Of a stretch of 64,000 nucleotides of DNA, positions 26,471-37,895 are shown one piece after another. Location: NCBI RefSeq assembly GCF_035084215.1, contig NC_090340.1, positions 3,596,001-3,660,000 of the forward strand. The letters are read 5' to 3'. The stretch is from Heptranchias perlo (taxonomy: Eukaryota). A program made the translations under genes and the position numbers. Every line of letters starts with the position of its first letter. Position 1 is the first letter of the stretch. The notes beneath the pieces are model-generated. The model worked only from the letters and a program-made list of their open reading frames with translations. It did no database searches and was not told the origin of the DNA.

Positions 26471-27008
26471 GAGAGGAGCCGAGCCGAGCGGAGGGAGCGT
26501 CCGAGAAAAGGCGGGATTTCAGAGCGCTGAGAACAGCTGAGAGGAGCCGAGCCGAGCGGAGGGAGCGTCCGATAAAAGGCGGGATTTCAGAGCGCTGAGA
26601 ACAGCTGAGAGGAGCCGAGCGGAGGGAGCGTCCGATAAAAGGCGGGATTTCAGAGCGCTGAGAGGAGCCGAGCCGAGCGGAGGGAGCGTCCGATAAAAGG
26701 CGGGATTTCAGAGCGCTGAGAGGAGCCGAGCCGAGCGGAGGGAGCGTCCGATAAAAGGCGGGATTTCAGAGCGCTGAGAACAGCTGAGAGGAGCCGAGCC
26801 GAGCGGAGGGAGCGTCCGATAAAAGGCGGGATTTCAGAGCGCTGAGAACAGCTGAGAGGAGCCGAGCCGAGCGGAGGGAGCGTCCGAGAAAAGGCGGGAT
26901 TTCAGAGCGCTGAGAACAGCTGAGAGGAGCCGAGCCGAGCGGAGGGAGCGTCCGAGAAAAGGCGGGATTTCAGAGCGCTGAGAACAGCTGAGAGGAGCCG
27001 AGCGGAGC
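26471..27008 (+). repeat. Tandem array of 8 CpG-rich monomers (53-68 bp) plus a partial copy, forming the CR1 5' end
   Basis: Unit gagaggagccgagccgagcggagggagcgtccga(g/t)aaaaggcgggatttcagagcgct(gagaacagct), starting at 26471, 26539, 26607, 26660, 26718, 26786, 26854, 26922, 26990(partial). Confidence 0.95.
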
Positions 27009-27325
27009 TGCGACCGAGTTCGAAGTGACGTCAGGAATCAGATCGGGACGCGACACAGGGGAGGCACCTGATTGGTGAGTAGGTTCAGGTGAGTATTTCT
27101 CCTTATCGACAGTAACTGAAGTAAAAGGAAAGGGAAGGTCTGCAGGTCTTATAGGAAGTAGCGTTTATTTTTTAGTGAATCAAGGTCCCTAGTGTAGTTA
27201 ACATTCTCTAAATTGAGAACAATTTAAAGGAGTAAACTCCTTAAAGGGAGTGGTAAGTAGTTTTTCTTTCCTTTTTTTTTCTCTTGACATTGTAGTTGTT
27301 CTTAAGCTAATTTAAGGGTTAAGTC

Positions 27326-28273
27326 ATGGCAGGAGATCCCAGCGCCGTGTCATGTTCCTCTTGTGGGATGTGGGAATTCGGGGCTCCTTCCTGTATCCCT
27401 GATTCCTTCACCTGCGGGAAGTGTGTCCAGCTGCAGCTATTGTTTGACCGCTTGACGGCTCTGGAGCTGCGGATGGACTCACTTTGGAGCATCCGCGATG
27501 CTGAGAAAGTCGTGGATAGCACGTTCAGTGAGTTGGTCACACCGCAGATAAAAATTACTGAGGGAGATAGTGAATGGGTGACCAACAGACAGAGGAAGAG
27601 TAGGAAGGCAGTGCAGGGGTCCCCTGCGGTCATCTCCCTCCAAAACAGGTATACCGTTTTGGATACTGTTGGCGGAGATGGCTCACCAGGGGAAGGTGGC
27701 AGTGGCCAGGTTCATGGCACCGTGGCTGGCTCTGCTGCACAGGAGGGCAGGAAAAAGAGTGGCAGAGCTATAGTGATAGGGGACTCGATTGTAAGGGGAA
27801 TAGACAGGCGTTTCTGCGGACGCAACCGAGACGCCAGGATGGTATGTTGCCTCCCTGGTGCAAGGGTCAAGGATGTCTCGGAGCGGCTGCAGGACATTCT
27901 GGAGGGGGAGGGTGAACAGCCAGTTGTCGTGGTGCATATAGGCACCAACGATATAGGTAAAAAACAGGATGAGGTCCGACAAGCTGAATTCAGGGAGTTA
28001 GGAGTTAAACTAAAGAGTAGGACCTCAAAGGTAGTAATCTCAGGATTGCTACCAGTGCCACGGGTTAGTCAGAGTAGGAATGACAGGATAGCTAAGATGA
28101 ATACGTGGCTTGAGAGATGGTGCAAGCTGGAGGGATTCAAATTCCTGGGCCATTGGAACCGGTTCTGGGGGAGGTGGGACCAGTACAAATTGGACGGTCT
28201 GCATCTGGGCAGGACTGGAACCAATGTCCTAGGGGGAGTGTTTGCCAGTGCTGTTGGGGAGGGTTTAAACTAA
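27326..28273 (+). CDS. CR1 ORF1p: zinc finger + coiled coil + SGNH/GDSL esterase
   Basis: Intact 315 aa; CSSC..CGKC, heptad LLFDRLTALELRMDSL, esterase blocks GDS, PGA, HIGTND, DGLH. Confidence 0.93.
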   Translation: MAGDPSAVSCSSCGMWEFGAPSCIPDSFTCGKCVQLQLLFDRLTALELRMDSLWSIRDAEKVVDSTFSELVTPQIKITEGDSEWVTNRQRKSRKAVQGSPAVISLQNRYTVLDTVGGDGSPGEGGSGQVHGTVAGSAAQEGRKKSGRAIVIGDSIVRGIDRRFCGRNRDARMVCCLPGARVKDVSERLQDILEGEGEQPVVVVHIGTNDIGKKQDEVRQAEFRELGVKLKSRTSKVVISGLLPVPRVSQSRNDRIAKMNTWLERWCKLEGFKFLGHWNRFWGRWDQYKLDGLHLGRTGTNVLGGVFASAVGEGLN

Positions 28274-31221
28274 TGTGGCAGGGGGATGGGAACCGATGCA
28301 GGAAGTCAGTGGGAAATAAAGTGGTGACAGAAACAAAAGGCAGTAAGGGAGAGTGTACAGAACATGACCGGACAGATGGTCTGAGAAAGCAGGGCAAAGA
28401 CCAAGGGAAGTCTAGATTAAACTGCATTTATTTCAATGCAAGAAGTCTGATGGGCAAGGCAGATGAACTCAGGGCATGGATGGGTACATGGGACTGGGAT
28501 GTTATAGCTATTACTGAAACATGGCTAAGGGAGGGGCAGGACTGGCAGCTCAATGTTCCAGGGTACAGATGCTATAGGAAAGATAGAGCAGGAGGTAAGA
28601 GAGGAGGGGGAGTTGCGTTCTTGATTAGGGAGAACATCACGGCAGTAGTGAGAGGGGATATATCCGAGGGTTCGCCCACTGAGTCCATATGGGTAGAACT
28701 GAAAAATAAGAAGGGAGAGATCACTTTGATAGTATTGTACTACAGACCCCCAAATAGTCAACGGGAAATTGAGGAGCAAATATGTAAGGAGATTACAGAC
28801 AGCTGCAAGAAAAATAGGGTGGTAATAGTAGGGGACTTTAACTTTCCCAACATTGACTGGGACAGCCATAGCATTAGGGGCTTGGATGGAGAGAAATTTG
28901 TTGAGTGTATTCAGGAGGAATTTCTCATTCAGTATGTGGATGGCCCGACTAGAGAGGGGGCAAAACTTGACCTCCTCTTGGGAAATAAGGAAGGGCAGGT
29001 GACAGAAGTGTTAGTGAGGGATCACTTTGGGACCAGTGATCATAATTCCATTAGTTTTAAGATAGCTATGGAGAAGGATAGGTCTGGCCCAAAAGTTAAA
29101 ATTCTAAATTGGGGAAAGGCCAATTTTGATGGTATTAGACAGGAACTTTAAGAAGTTGATTGGGAGAGTCTGTTGGCAGGCAAAGGGACGTCTGGTAAGT
29201 GGGAGGCTTTCAAAAGTGTGTTAACCAGGGTTCAGGGTAAGCACATTCCTTATCAAGTGAAGGGCAAGGCTGGTAGAAGTAGGGAACCTTGGATGACTCG
29301 GGAGATTGAGGCACTAGTCAAAAATAAGAAGGAGGCATATGACATGCATAGGCAGCTGGGATCAAGTGGATCCCTTGAAGAGTATAGAGATTGCCGGAGT
29401 AGAGTTAAGAGAGAAATCAGGAGGGCAAAAAGGGGATATGAGATTGCTTTGGCAGATCAGGCAAAGGTGAATCCAAAGAGCTTCTACAAATACATAAAGG
29501 GCAAAAGGGTAACTAGGGAGAGAGTAGGGCCTCTTAAGGATCAACAAGGTCATCTATGTGCGGAACCACAAGAGATGGGTGAGATCCTGAATGAATATTT
29601 CACATCGGTATTTACGGTTGAGAAAGGCATGGATGTTAGGGAACTTGGGGAAATAAATAGTGATGTCTTGAGGAGTGTACATATTACAGAGAGGGAGGTG
29701 CTGGAAGTCTTAACGCGCATCAAGGTAGATAAATCTCCGGGACCTGATGAAATGTATCCCAGGACGTTATGGGAGGTTAGGGAGGAAATTGCGGGTCCCC
29801 TAGCAGAGATATTTGAATCATCCACCGCTACAGGTGAGGTGCCTGAAGATTGGAGGGTAGCAAATGTTGTGCCTTTGTTTAAGAAGGGCGGCAGGGAAAA
29901 GCCTGGGAACTACAGACCAGTGAGCCTGACATCTGTAGTGGGTAAGTTGTTAGAGGGTATTCTGAGGGACAGGATCTACAGGCATTTGGAGAGGCAGGGA
30001 CTAATTAGGAACAGTCAGCATGGTTTTGTGAGAGGAAAATCATGTCTCACGAATTTGATTGAGTTTTTTGAAGGGGTAACCAAGAAGATAGATTAGGGCT
30101 GTGCAGTAGACGTGGTCTACATGGACTTCAGCAAAGCATTTGACAAGGTACCGCATGGTAGGTTGTTACATAAGGTTAAATCTCATGGGATCCAAGGTGA
30201 GGTAGCCAATTGGATACAAAATTGGCTTGACGACAGAAGACAGAGGGTGGTTGTCGAGGGTTGTTTTTCAAACTGGATGCCTGTGTCCAGCGGTGTGCCT
30301 CAGGGATCGGTGCTGGGTCCGCTGTTATTTGTTATTTATATTAATGATTTGGATGAGAATTTAGGAGGCATGGTTAGTAAGTTTGCAGATGACACCAAGA
30401 TTGGTGGCATTGTGGACAGTGAAGAAGGTTATCTAGGATTGCAACGGGATCTTGATAAATTGGGCCAGTGGGCCGATGAATGGCAGATGGAGTTTAATTT
30501 AGATAAATGTGAGGTGATGCATTTTGGTAGATCGAATCGGGCCAGGACCTACTCCGTTAATGGTAGGGCGTTGGGGAGAGTTATCGAACAAAGAGATCTA
30601 GGAGTACAGATTCATAGCTCCTTGAAAGTGGAGTCACAGGTGGATAGGGTGGTGAAGAAGGCATTCAGCATGCTTGGTTTCATTGGTCACAACATTGAAT
30701 GCAGGAGTTGGGATGTCTTGTTGAAGTTGTACAGGGCATTGGTGAGGCCACACTTGGAGTACTGTGTACAGTTCTGTTCACCCTATTATAGAAAGGATAT
30801 TATTAAACTAGAAAGAGTGCAGAAAAGATTTACTAGGATGCTACCGGGACTTGATGGTTTGACTTACAGGGAGAGGTTAGACAGACTGGGACTTTATTCC
30901 CTGGAGAGTAGGAGGTTAAGGGGTGATCTTATAGAAGTCTATAAAATAATGAGGGGCATAGATAAGGTCGATAGTCAAAATCTTTTCCCAAAGGTAGGGG
31001 AGTCTATAACGAGGGGGCACAGATTTAAGGTGAGAGGGGAGAGATACAAAAGGATCCAGAGGGGCAATTTTTTCACTCAAAGGGTGGTGAGTGTCTGGAA
31101 CGAGCTGCCAGAGGCAGTAGTAGAGGCGGGGACAATTTTGTCTTTTAAAAAGCATTTGGACAGTTACATGGGGAAGATGGGTATCGAGGGATATGGGCCA
31201 AGTGCAGGCAATTGGGACTAG
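28273..31221 (+). pseudogene. CR1 ORF2p (AP endonuclease + reverse transcriptase) with two nonsense mutations
   Basis: Three ORF-track pieces share one frame, broken only by TAA 29149-29151 and TAG 30094-30096; motifs NARS, ITETW, YRPP, GDFN, SDH, PGPD, YRPVSLTS, QHGF, DFSKAFD, GVPQGS, FADD. Confidence 0.93.
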
Positions 31222-31439
31222 CTTAGTGGTATAAACTGGGCGACATGGACATGTTGGGCCGAAGGGCCTGTTTCCATGTTGTAACTTCTATGATTCTATG
31301 ATTCTATGATTCTATGACGATCCGGCAGCGATTGGGCGCAAGATAATATTTTGGAGTACAAATTGGGATGCTGCTGCAGGATTCAAAGTCCTGTTGCAAC
31401 TTAAAGTGGATGTGGCATTAGGAGAAACATTGGCGAGGA

Positions 31440-31692
31440 AGTGCAAAGTGATATCAATAGGAACAAGAGAGCTTCCAACCTCAAACTCAGCGACGCCGTG
31501 TTGCTGTTCCGCCTGCATGCATTGATGTCAAGGGAATCAAATGTATTTGGCACACAAGGCAAGGGACCATCTTGTGTCACTGTGATGCACAGTGAAGGGA
31601 GGCAGCAGAAGCAGTTACTCCCCGTTCAACAGCCCTCAGGTAAGGAACTAAATGACGGGAAGATTGCCTTGACCAGAATGGCAAGGTAAGTG
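31440..31692 (+). mobile_element. Decayed Myb/SANT-like exon of an older Harbinger-type transposon
   Basis: RASNLKLSDAVLL..VFGTQGK..LTRMA followed by donor AG|GTAAGT; resembles the Myb ORFs at 39360/41300. Confidence 0.4.
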
Positions 31693-32710
31693 TGTCACTC
31701 ACCTACATTAACGTCGTCTAAGCTGCAACCTTATATGTTGGCATAATCAATATGTTTCGGAGCTAAGCGTGATGCCGGTATGCATATAGTGAACTCCATC
31801 TGCTCTTGCTTACAGTTGTCACTGCATTGACATACCAATAGACAATGTAAGACCACCCGCACTCTATATGCTTCCCATTTAGGCTGTCACTACCAGCCTT
31901 CTGAGTATAACAGTTATGAGTCCTGAGATTTGCATGCCGTCAACGGGTGTCCTTCTGATAGCTTCCTGAGCTGAATCAGAATTTCATGTAACTTAGTCTG
32001 CATTTGTGTTGCACGAAATGATGACACGTTATGCGGAGAGAAAGCCCACAGAGAAAGGAGTCGCAAATGTGTCACAGTTAATTCCTTCCAGGAGGCAATT
32101 AGCTTCAGAGAACTGATGGTGACAGAAGATGTTGGGAAGGAACAGAGCTTGGTCCGTTGGTAGAAATAGATTTGCACCTAGATAAAATACTTTTGGCGTC
32201 TGAGGCTTCAGCAGCCAATATATGCCCTCAGCCATACTGCTGCAATGATATTGGATTCAGGAAGATTCAAGGGAGCTCACCGATTAAAAGCCTATGAAAC
32301 CATTTCCTCCATCCCGTTGAAATGCCTCCAAATGTGACTGTTAACATGGCTGATGTCGTACCCTCTCCCATCAGCTGCCGTCCTGCCAGAATATCTTCAC
32401 GCATACTGTCATGTATTCCATTACATCATAGCGGCAACTAAAGACAAGCACGTGTGAACTTTAGACTAGTGACGTGGAAGGAAATATACTGCATGACACA
32501 GACTTCACAAGTAGCCAGCAGGCAGAGAGCATAGAGCAAGTGGACGGGATCACCTCAGATCAAAGGCTTCAGAAGTGTTAGACTTCGGCTGTAAAGCTTC
32601 GAGTCACAGATCCCATAGGCCCAATTTTCAAACAATTGTGCTCCATCTTTCTGGTCTGTAGGATTTCAACCCCTACTCTCAGGATTATAATTTAATGCAA
32701 TCCAAGGAAT

Positions 32711-33488
32711 TGTTCGTGATAACAAGACCACCACGGTACTGGTATTATGCTTAAAGGTAAAACAGATTTATTAAGCACATGACAATTAGTACAAAGAAAG
32801 TGATACTTAACAAAGAGAAATAGTCATAGTCTGTTCCTTGAAACCTTGGAAGTATTCCTCCAAGTGATTGTTGCGCGGTCTCTCTCTCTCTCTCTTGCTG
32901 AGTTCTGTTGACTGAAGAGATTTTTTTTCTTCATCGCCAGAATCTTGTGCGCCTTCCTCTTGTCTCCCACCCTTTAGAAGTTACATTCCAAGCCACTTCT
33001 GGTACCATCTGTGACTTGTTGGTACAGACTTAACCATATCTTATGTTAGAGTTACATTGCCGGCCTTGACAGGAACGTTTGTATAAACAGACGTCTATTC
33101 ACTAGCTTGCGGGGGCTCGACATAGAGGGGCCTTAGCGTGTGTTACTCCTTGATTTATTTAATCTCTCATCCTCCCTCAAGCCCGTGATTTTCCCAAATC
33201 CTGTTAATTGTCACTTCAATACTGTCAGCATTCTGTTAGTTTTAATTGCAAACTTGACTATAATAACCATCATGCACCCTTCTCGGCTACCAGTACTTCC
33301 TTATTGAATACACATTACATGGTTCAAACTATATTAATGCACATAAATGCCTCACTCCCAAGATAGGGAATTGTAAGAATTAACCCAATAACAGAAATAA
33401 TTTAGTACAATTATAAAGAATAGTATTCTACTTCTACTGTTCTTTATAATTGTACTAAATTATGTCTGTTATTGTGTTAATTCTTACA
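32711..33488 (-). repeat. 3' LTR of element 1
   Basis: Begins TGTAAG after purine tract AAGGTAGGGA-AT (33500-33489); AATAAA near 32770; ends ...GAACA at 32711; no second copy to confirm boundaries. Confidence 0.6.
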
Positions 33489-33510
33489 ATTCCCTACCTT
33501 GAGAGCGAGG
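33350..33510. repeat. Long inverted repeat (76-bp arms, 9-nt loop) spanning the PPT and U3 start
   Basis: 33350-33425 is the reverse complement of 33435-33510 with 6 mismatches. Confidence 0.95.
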
Positions 33511-33623
33511 TTTTTATGCCGATCCCTCATACTTCATGCGAATATATTTTAGATTCCTATTTTTGCTACTTTCTATTAGATCTTGGGTTCTTATCCCTCA
33601 TAACTGGTCTCTCATCTGGCGCA

Positions 33624-34243
33624 CTAATGTTTCAAATAACATGTATAGGAAACTAGACAAATCAGTGCTAATAGCTGGGCCACTACCAACAGGTGTGAAA
33701 GCGTTCTGAGCCAGGGAGGAATTATGATCTTTGACCCTCTGTCCCACCAATGTGTAGAGCCCCCTACCCCTAGGATCTCCTTAACCACATCCTCATTTCT
33801 CTGTTCCAGTTCGAATGGATTCCCTCACTGTCTACGATTATGTGTCCCGTTAAAGCTTCTTGCACCTGTTCCCATACTTTGTCATTCTTTTTCAGGAATT
33901 TCCATAGTCTGCACTTTGCTGTTTTCGTAATGGGCACCTCATGCATTGCCAATATCCCTGCTGTACTTCCCTCTCTTTCACCTGTTCAAATGTAATACCA
34001 CATAGCACCTGGAAATCTGTTACCGCATCTTCGTCCCTATTTTCCTTAATTCCCAATGTAAAATTACAATTACTTGTCTCGTTATATTTCTTAGTGTGTC
34101 GATGCCCACCAATGACCTGTGGCTTTGTTTCAAAATACAATAGTTCGGTAAATGTTCGCCTAAAACGGGTGCACAATCAAGGATTCTTGATTCTCTACTT
34201 GATGTACGCCTTGGAGTATCAATATCAGCATAAGAGTCCACAT
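33624..34243 (-). pseudogene. Short env-like remnant of element 1
   Basis: Acceptor cttacag (34252) then signal peptide MWTLMLILILQGVHQ; after frameshifts FELEQRNEDVVKEI..HWWD..IPPWLRTLSHLLVVAQLLALICLVSYTCYL (heptad + TM). Confidence 0.65.
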
Positions 34244-34277
34244 TTTCCACCTGTAAGCAGACCAAGCATAATATATT

Positions 34278-35320
34278 TTAATCCTTGACAGTTTTCATTC
34301 GGTTCATGTGAAATCACTCAGCTTTGGTTCCCCCTTTAACCCATTAGGAACATTCAAATGACAGATGGCTGGGTTCAGCTTATCAACGATACGGTGAGGC
34401 CCTGTCCATTTAAGATCAAATGAATGCTATTTCGGGGAGAATTTCTGTAACATGACTTTATTCCCAATCTGACCCTTTTGTCAAAGTATTTTTTTTACCT
34501 GTCGTCGGGATTTGCCCATATTGATTGCCACTAACTAGTTTACCTTGTTGATATGGTCAATCAGAGTCTGTATCCACTTCTGATAACACGGTTGTAGTTT
34601 CAGAGGGGTGTTGCTACCTAAGGTTACATGACCTGGTATGTGCATTTGTCTCGCTGTCATTGCCTCGTATGGACTGATCCCTGTTGTCTTGTGAGGGGTA
34701 GAGCGTATGGACATCAAGCACAGGCGCATCATGCTAGCCCATTGATCGGGGTGTTCTGTACACATTTTGTGTTACGGTGTTTTTAGTGTTCCTTTTGTCT
34801 CTTTCCACAATTCCAGACGACTGTGGATGGTGGGGAATGTGTAATTTATGTCACATCTGTAGAATCTACTGCAGAGCAATAAAGATTTCCCCTGTAAAGT
34901 GTGGGCCCTGATCACTATCCAACTGAACTGGTATTCCCCATGCAACTCGCTCAATAAGATATGTGCTGTTGTACGTGCCTTATTGTTCCTGGTGGGAAAG
35001 GCTTCTATCCACTTAGTGAATTGATCAACCACCACGAGGGCATACTTGTAATTGCCCTGAGATTTGGTAAAGGGACCAATGAAATCAATCCGTATGTGCG
35101 TTCACGGCTCGTCAGGAGGAGGCTGTAAACGCAGAAAGGCACGGTTAGAGCAGGTGGGGGGTTGAGTTGCAAACAAGGTAGAGATCGATTAACAAATAGC
35201 TCAAAGAATTCTGCTATCCACTGCCACCAAAATACATTACTCAGCTTTGCCAAAGTGGTTTCAGCTGAATAGTGTCCGGCCTTGGGATGGGAGTGGAAAA
35301 GAGCTAACATGTCCTCCTTA
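34278..35320 (-). pseudogene. Integrase (HHCC, DDE, GPY/F-like C-terminus)
   Basis: FHSHPKAGH, VVDQFTKWIEAFP, STPHKTTGISPYE, WTGPHRIVDKL; frameshifted. Confidence 0.9.
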
Positions 35321-35489
35321 GGGTCTGGGGGAAGGCAAGGAATGTAAACACCAACTGGTTTATGTTAAATCAGGAGGGGAGGGGGTGATGGTAGCTGTTG
35401 AAGCACCATTGACTCAGCCCAGGTTTTCGGCTTCGGAAGTGGCCGTCCCTCTTGATGCCATGTAATTACCGTGGCATAAGGGTCATGGG

Positions 35490-35990
35490 TTAACTGTAGC
35501 GCTGAAAGATCAATCGCGGTTGCTTTCGTGACCGCCCCGACCTCGGGCGTGCTGGGACAGTGAGGCCATCAATAGCCAACTCTTTAGCCAGCTGATCAGT
35601 AACTTTATTACTCTGGATGTGAGGGGAGGAATCTCTCTGATGGGCAGCTAACTCCCCGATATGACATGGGACATCTCGCTCCTGGATCACCTGCCAAAGC
35701 TTACGGAGGAGTTCCGAATATAATAGGGGCTTACCATCTGAAGAGTAGTAATCGTTCTTAGTATAGAGGGGCAGAGCCATAGCGGCATTGCTACTGTCTA
35801 AGCAATTGTTAGTTGCTTCATCCGCCGAATAATGAAGGACCAGAATTATTGCAATCAGCTCGGCCTGTTGGGAGGAGTGGAGAGGGACCTTAAGCCCCAT
35901 TGACCAATAGGGGGCAGTTATGTCTACCATCGCACACCCTGTGTAAGCTTTACCATCTCTGTGATAGGATGATCCGTCCACATATACACT
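35490..35990 (-). pseudogene. Second (retroviral-type) RNase H
   Basis: YVDGSS..SSQQAELIAI..DS..LAAH..NKVTDQLAK. Confidence 0.88.
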
Positions 35991-36049
35991 GCGAGTGTCA
36001 GGGATAAGTTTTGACTCAATAAGACTTGCTGTTTAATCCAATACTGGTA

Positions 36050-37340
36050 ATGGGCATTGGTACGGGCTTCCCTCGTATGGCAGCATAAGCGGTAGGAGGG
36101 TTGTTTGTTTAGGAGTTATATCCAGATCCCGTTGGAGAAATTCGAACGTCCATTTGCTACTCCGATGTGAGGACACAAGAGTGTCGCTTGGTTTCAATAT
36201 TAAATTGAGGGGTGTGTGTGGTGAATGTAGTATCAGCTTCTGAAGTCCTGTGATATACGTAAAATGATTAACCGCTCAGAATTTGGCCAGAAGGTGGCGT
36301 TCACATGCCGTAGACTGAACTTCCACGCCTCTCAGTATCTTAGATGCGTATGCTATGGGGTGTAATTTACCATCCGCTGACTGCAGCTGACTCAGAACGG
36401 CTGTCAGGCTGACGGCGGTGGACCCCACTTCCAGATGGAACGGCTGAGTATGATCAGGGGAGATAAGTGCGGCAGCCTGCATTGTAGCCTGCTTTCAGGC
36501 TCCCACTGCCTGTGTGTGAGATTCATCCCATACCTATCGTAGATCCTCCGGGCCCTCTCCCTTCAATAGTTCATACAATGGTTTCGCCATTGCTGCAAAA
36601 TTTGGGATAAAATTTTGTTGATATCCTACCAGTCCCAAGAAGGATGGTAACGCTGTTATAGACCAAGGTAACGATAATCGCTGCATGATGGCAACCTTCT
36701 GTTCATCCGGTCGGAGTACCGCCGCTGAAATCTTGATGCCGAGGAAAGCGACTTCCTCCCGCACGAGCTGCACCTTCCTCGGGTTTATTTTTAACCCAGC
36801 CTTCTGTAACAAAGGTAACAGTTCATTCAAAAGTGTTAAATTTTCTGGGACGTCCTCCGAGGCCAGGAGGAGATCGTCCACTTATTGTAAAAGAGTCACT
36901 GGTTTCGAGAACGCCTGTACTATCTCAGCCATATGCTGATGGAAAAATAGACGGCGAATTATGGAAGCCCTGTGGCAGGCAAGTGAACGTTTGGCTCTGT
37001 CCCTCAAAAGTGAAAGCGAATTCATATTGGTCGTCCCTAGCCACTGGAATACTCCAAAAACCATTCGCGATGTTAAGGGTCAAGAACACTGTAGCCTTAT
37101 TGGGAACCGAGGTTAACAGGGAGGGGGCATGGCTAACCGTGGTACTCTTATTCAACATCCTGTAATCAATAGTGAGTCTCCAAGACTCATCAGGCTTCCT
37201 AACCGACCATACGGGGGAATTGGTAGTAAAAGCGCCTTTCCTTATCACCCTCTGCTCTTCCAGTGAGGCAATGACGGTTCACAAATATGGAATACTCTCC
37301 CTTGGAATCGGATACTGCTCACAGGCTTGGTGTGGCGGAC
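36050..37340 (-). pseudogene. Reverse transcriptase + degenerate RNase H tether
   Basis: NSPVWSVRKPDESWRLTIDYRMLN, NGFWSIP, LPQGFHNSP, *VDDLL, FLGLVGY; tether PFHLEV..PIAYASKIL..CERHLLA lacks the catalytic Asp. Confidence 0.92.
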
Positions 37341-37444
37341 CATTAATTTGCACTAGCCATCCGTCTACAATCGTGATTAGTTTTAGCGAATATATCAGCA
37401 GGTGTGTCAATCAATTCTTGTACCTCAGGCAACCGGTGGGTCAG

Positions 37445-37895
37445 TCATGCCAGCTGCCCTGCTTTTTTGACGGCTTGCACGGAGTGCGTGTCCAAAATCT
37501 GGTCTACGTCCTCCACCTCTGATCCCATCCACAGGCAATCATGATTGTAGTCTAAAATAGCATTCAGCGCTCGCAGGGTGTCGCTCCCAAGGATGCCTCG
37601 TTCGTCGTTCATACGCATATATATGAGTTCTATCACCCGCACTGGTATATCTCCTAGCATGATGTAAACACTATCACGCGGGTAAGCAAGGGTATAGGAC
37701 CCCGTAATCCCTGTCACTGGAACTAATTTTTCCCTGAGTGACGTGAGTCTCTGGGGAGGAGAAGTGCGCAATAATCATGGAAGATCCGGTGTCAATCAAC
37801 ATTGTCTGCCGCACGGAGGCGGAAATCATGGGTCGGCCATAAGCGTCCCGCTCGAACCTCACCTCTCTCCAACGGGAGAGGTGGGATCCTGTCAT
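37445..37895 (-). pseudogene. Aspartic protease
   Basis: DAYGRP..LIDTGS, GITG, GILGSD. Confidence 0.85.

Larger units (their letters stand above)
26471..31317 (+). mobile_element. Full-length CR1 LINE (young, near-intact)
   Basis: 5' tandem repeats, ORF1, ORF2 (APE+RT), 3'UTR ending in an (ATTCTATG)n octamer tail typical of CR1. Confidence 0.95.

Noticed and set aside
26471-27008. Regular repeat array as a CRISPR-like locus
   Set aside because: No unique spacers; head-to-tail monomers attached to a LINE in a vertebrate genome
27319-31155. Antisense ORFs over the CR1, and the many 60-110 aa ORFs over other LINE fragments
   Set aside because: Shadow frames of retroelement coding sequence with no independent motifs
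26455-31330. Target-site duplication for the full-length CR1
   Set aside because: No convincing direct repeat at the two ends by eye
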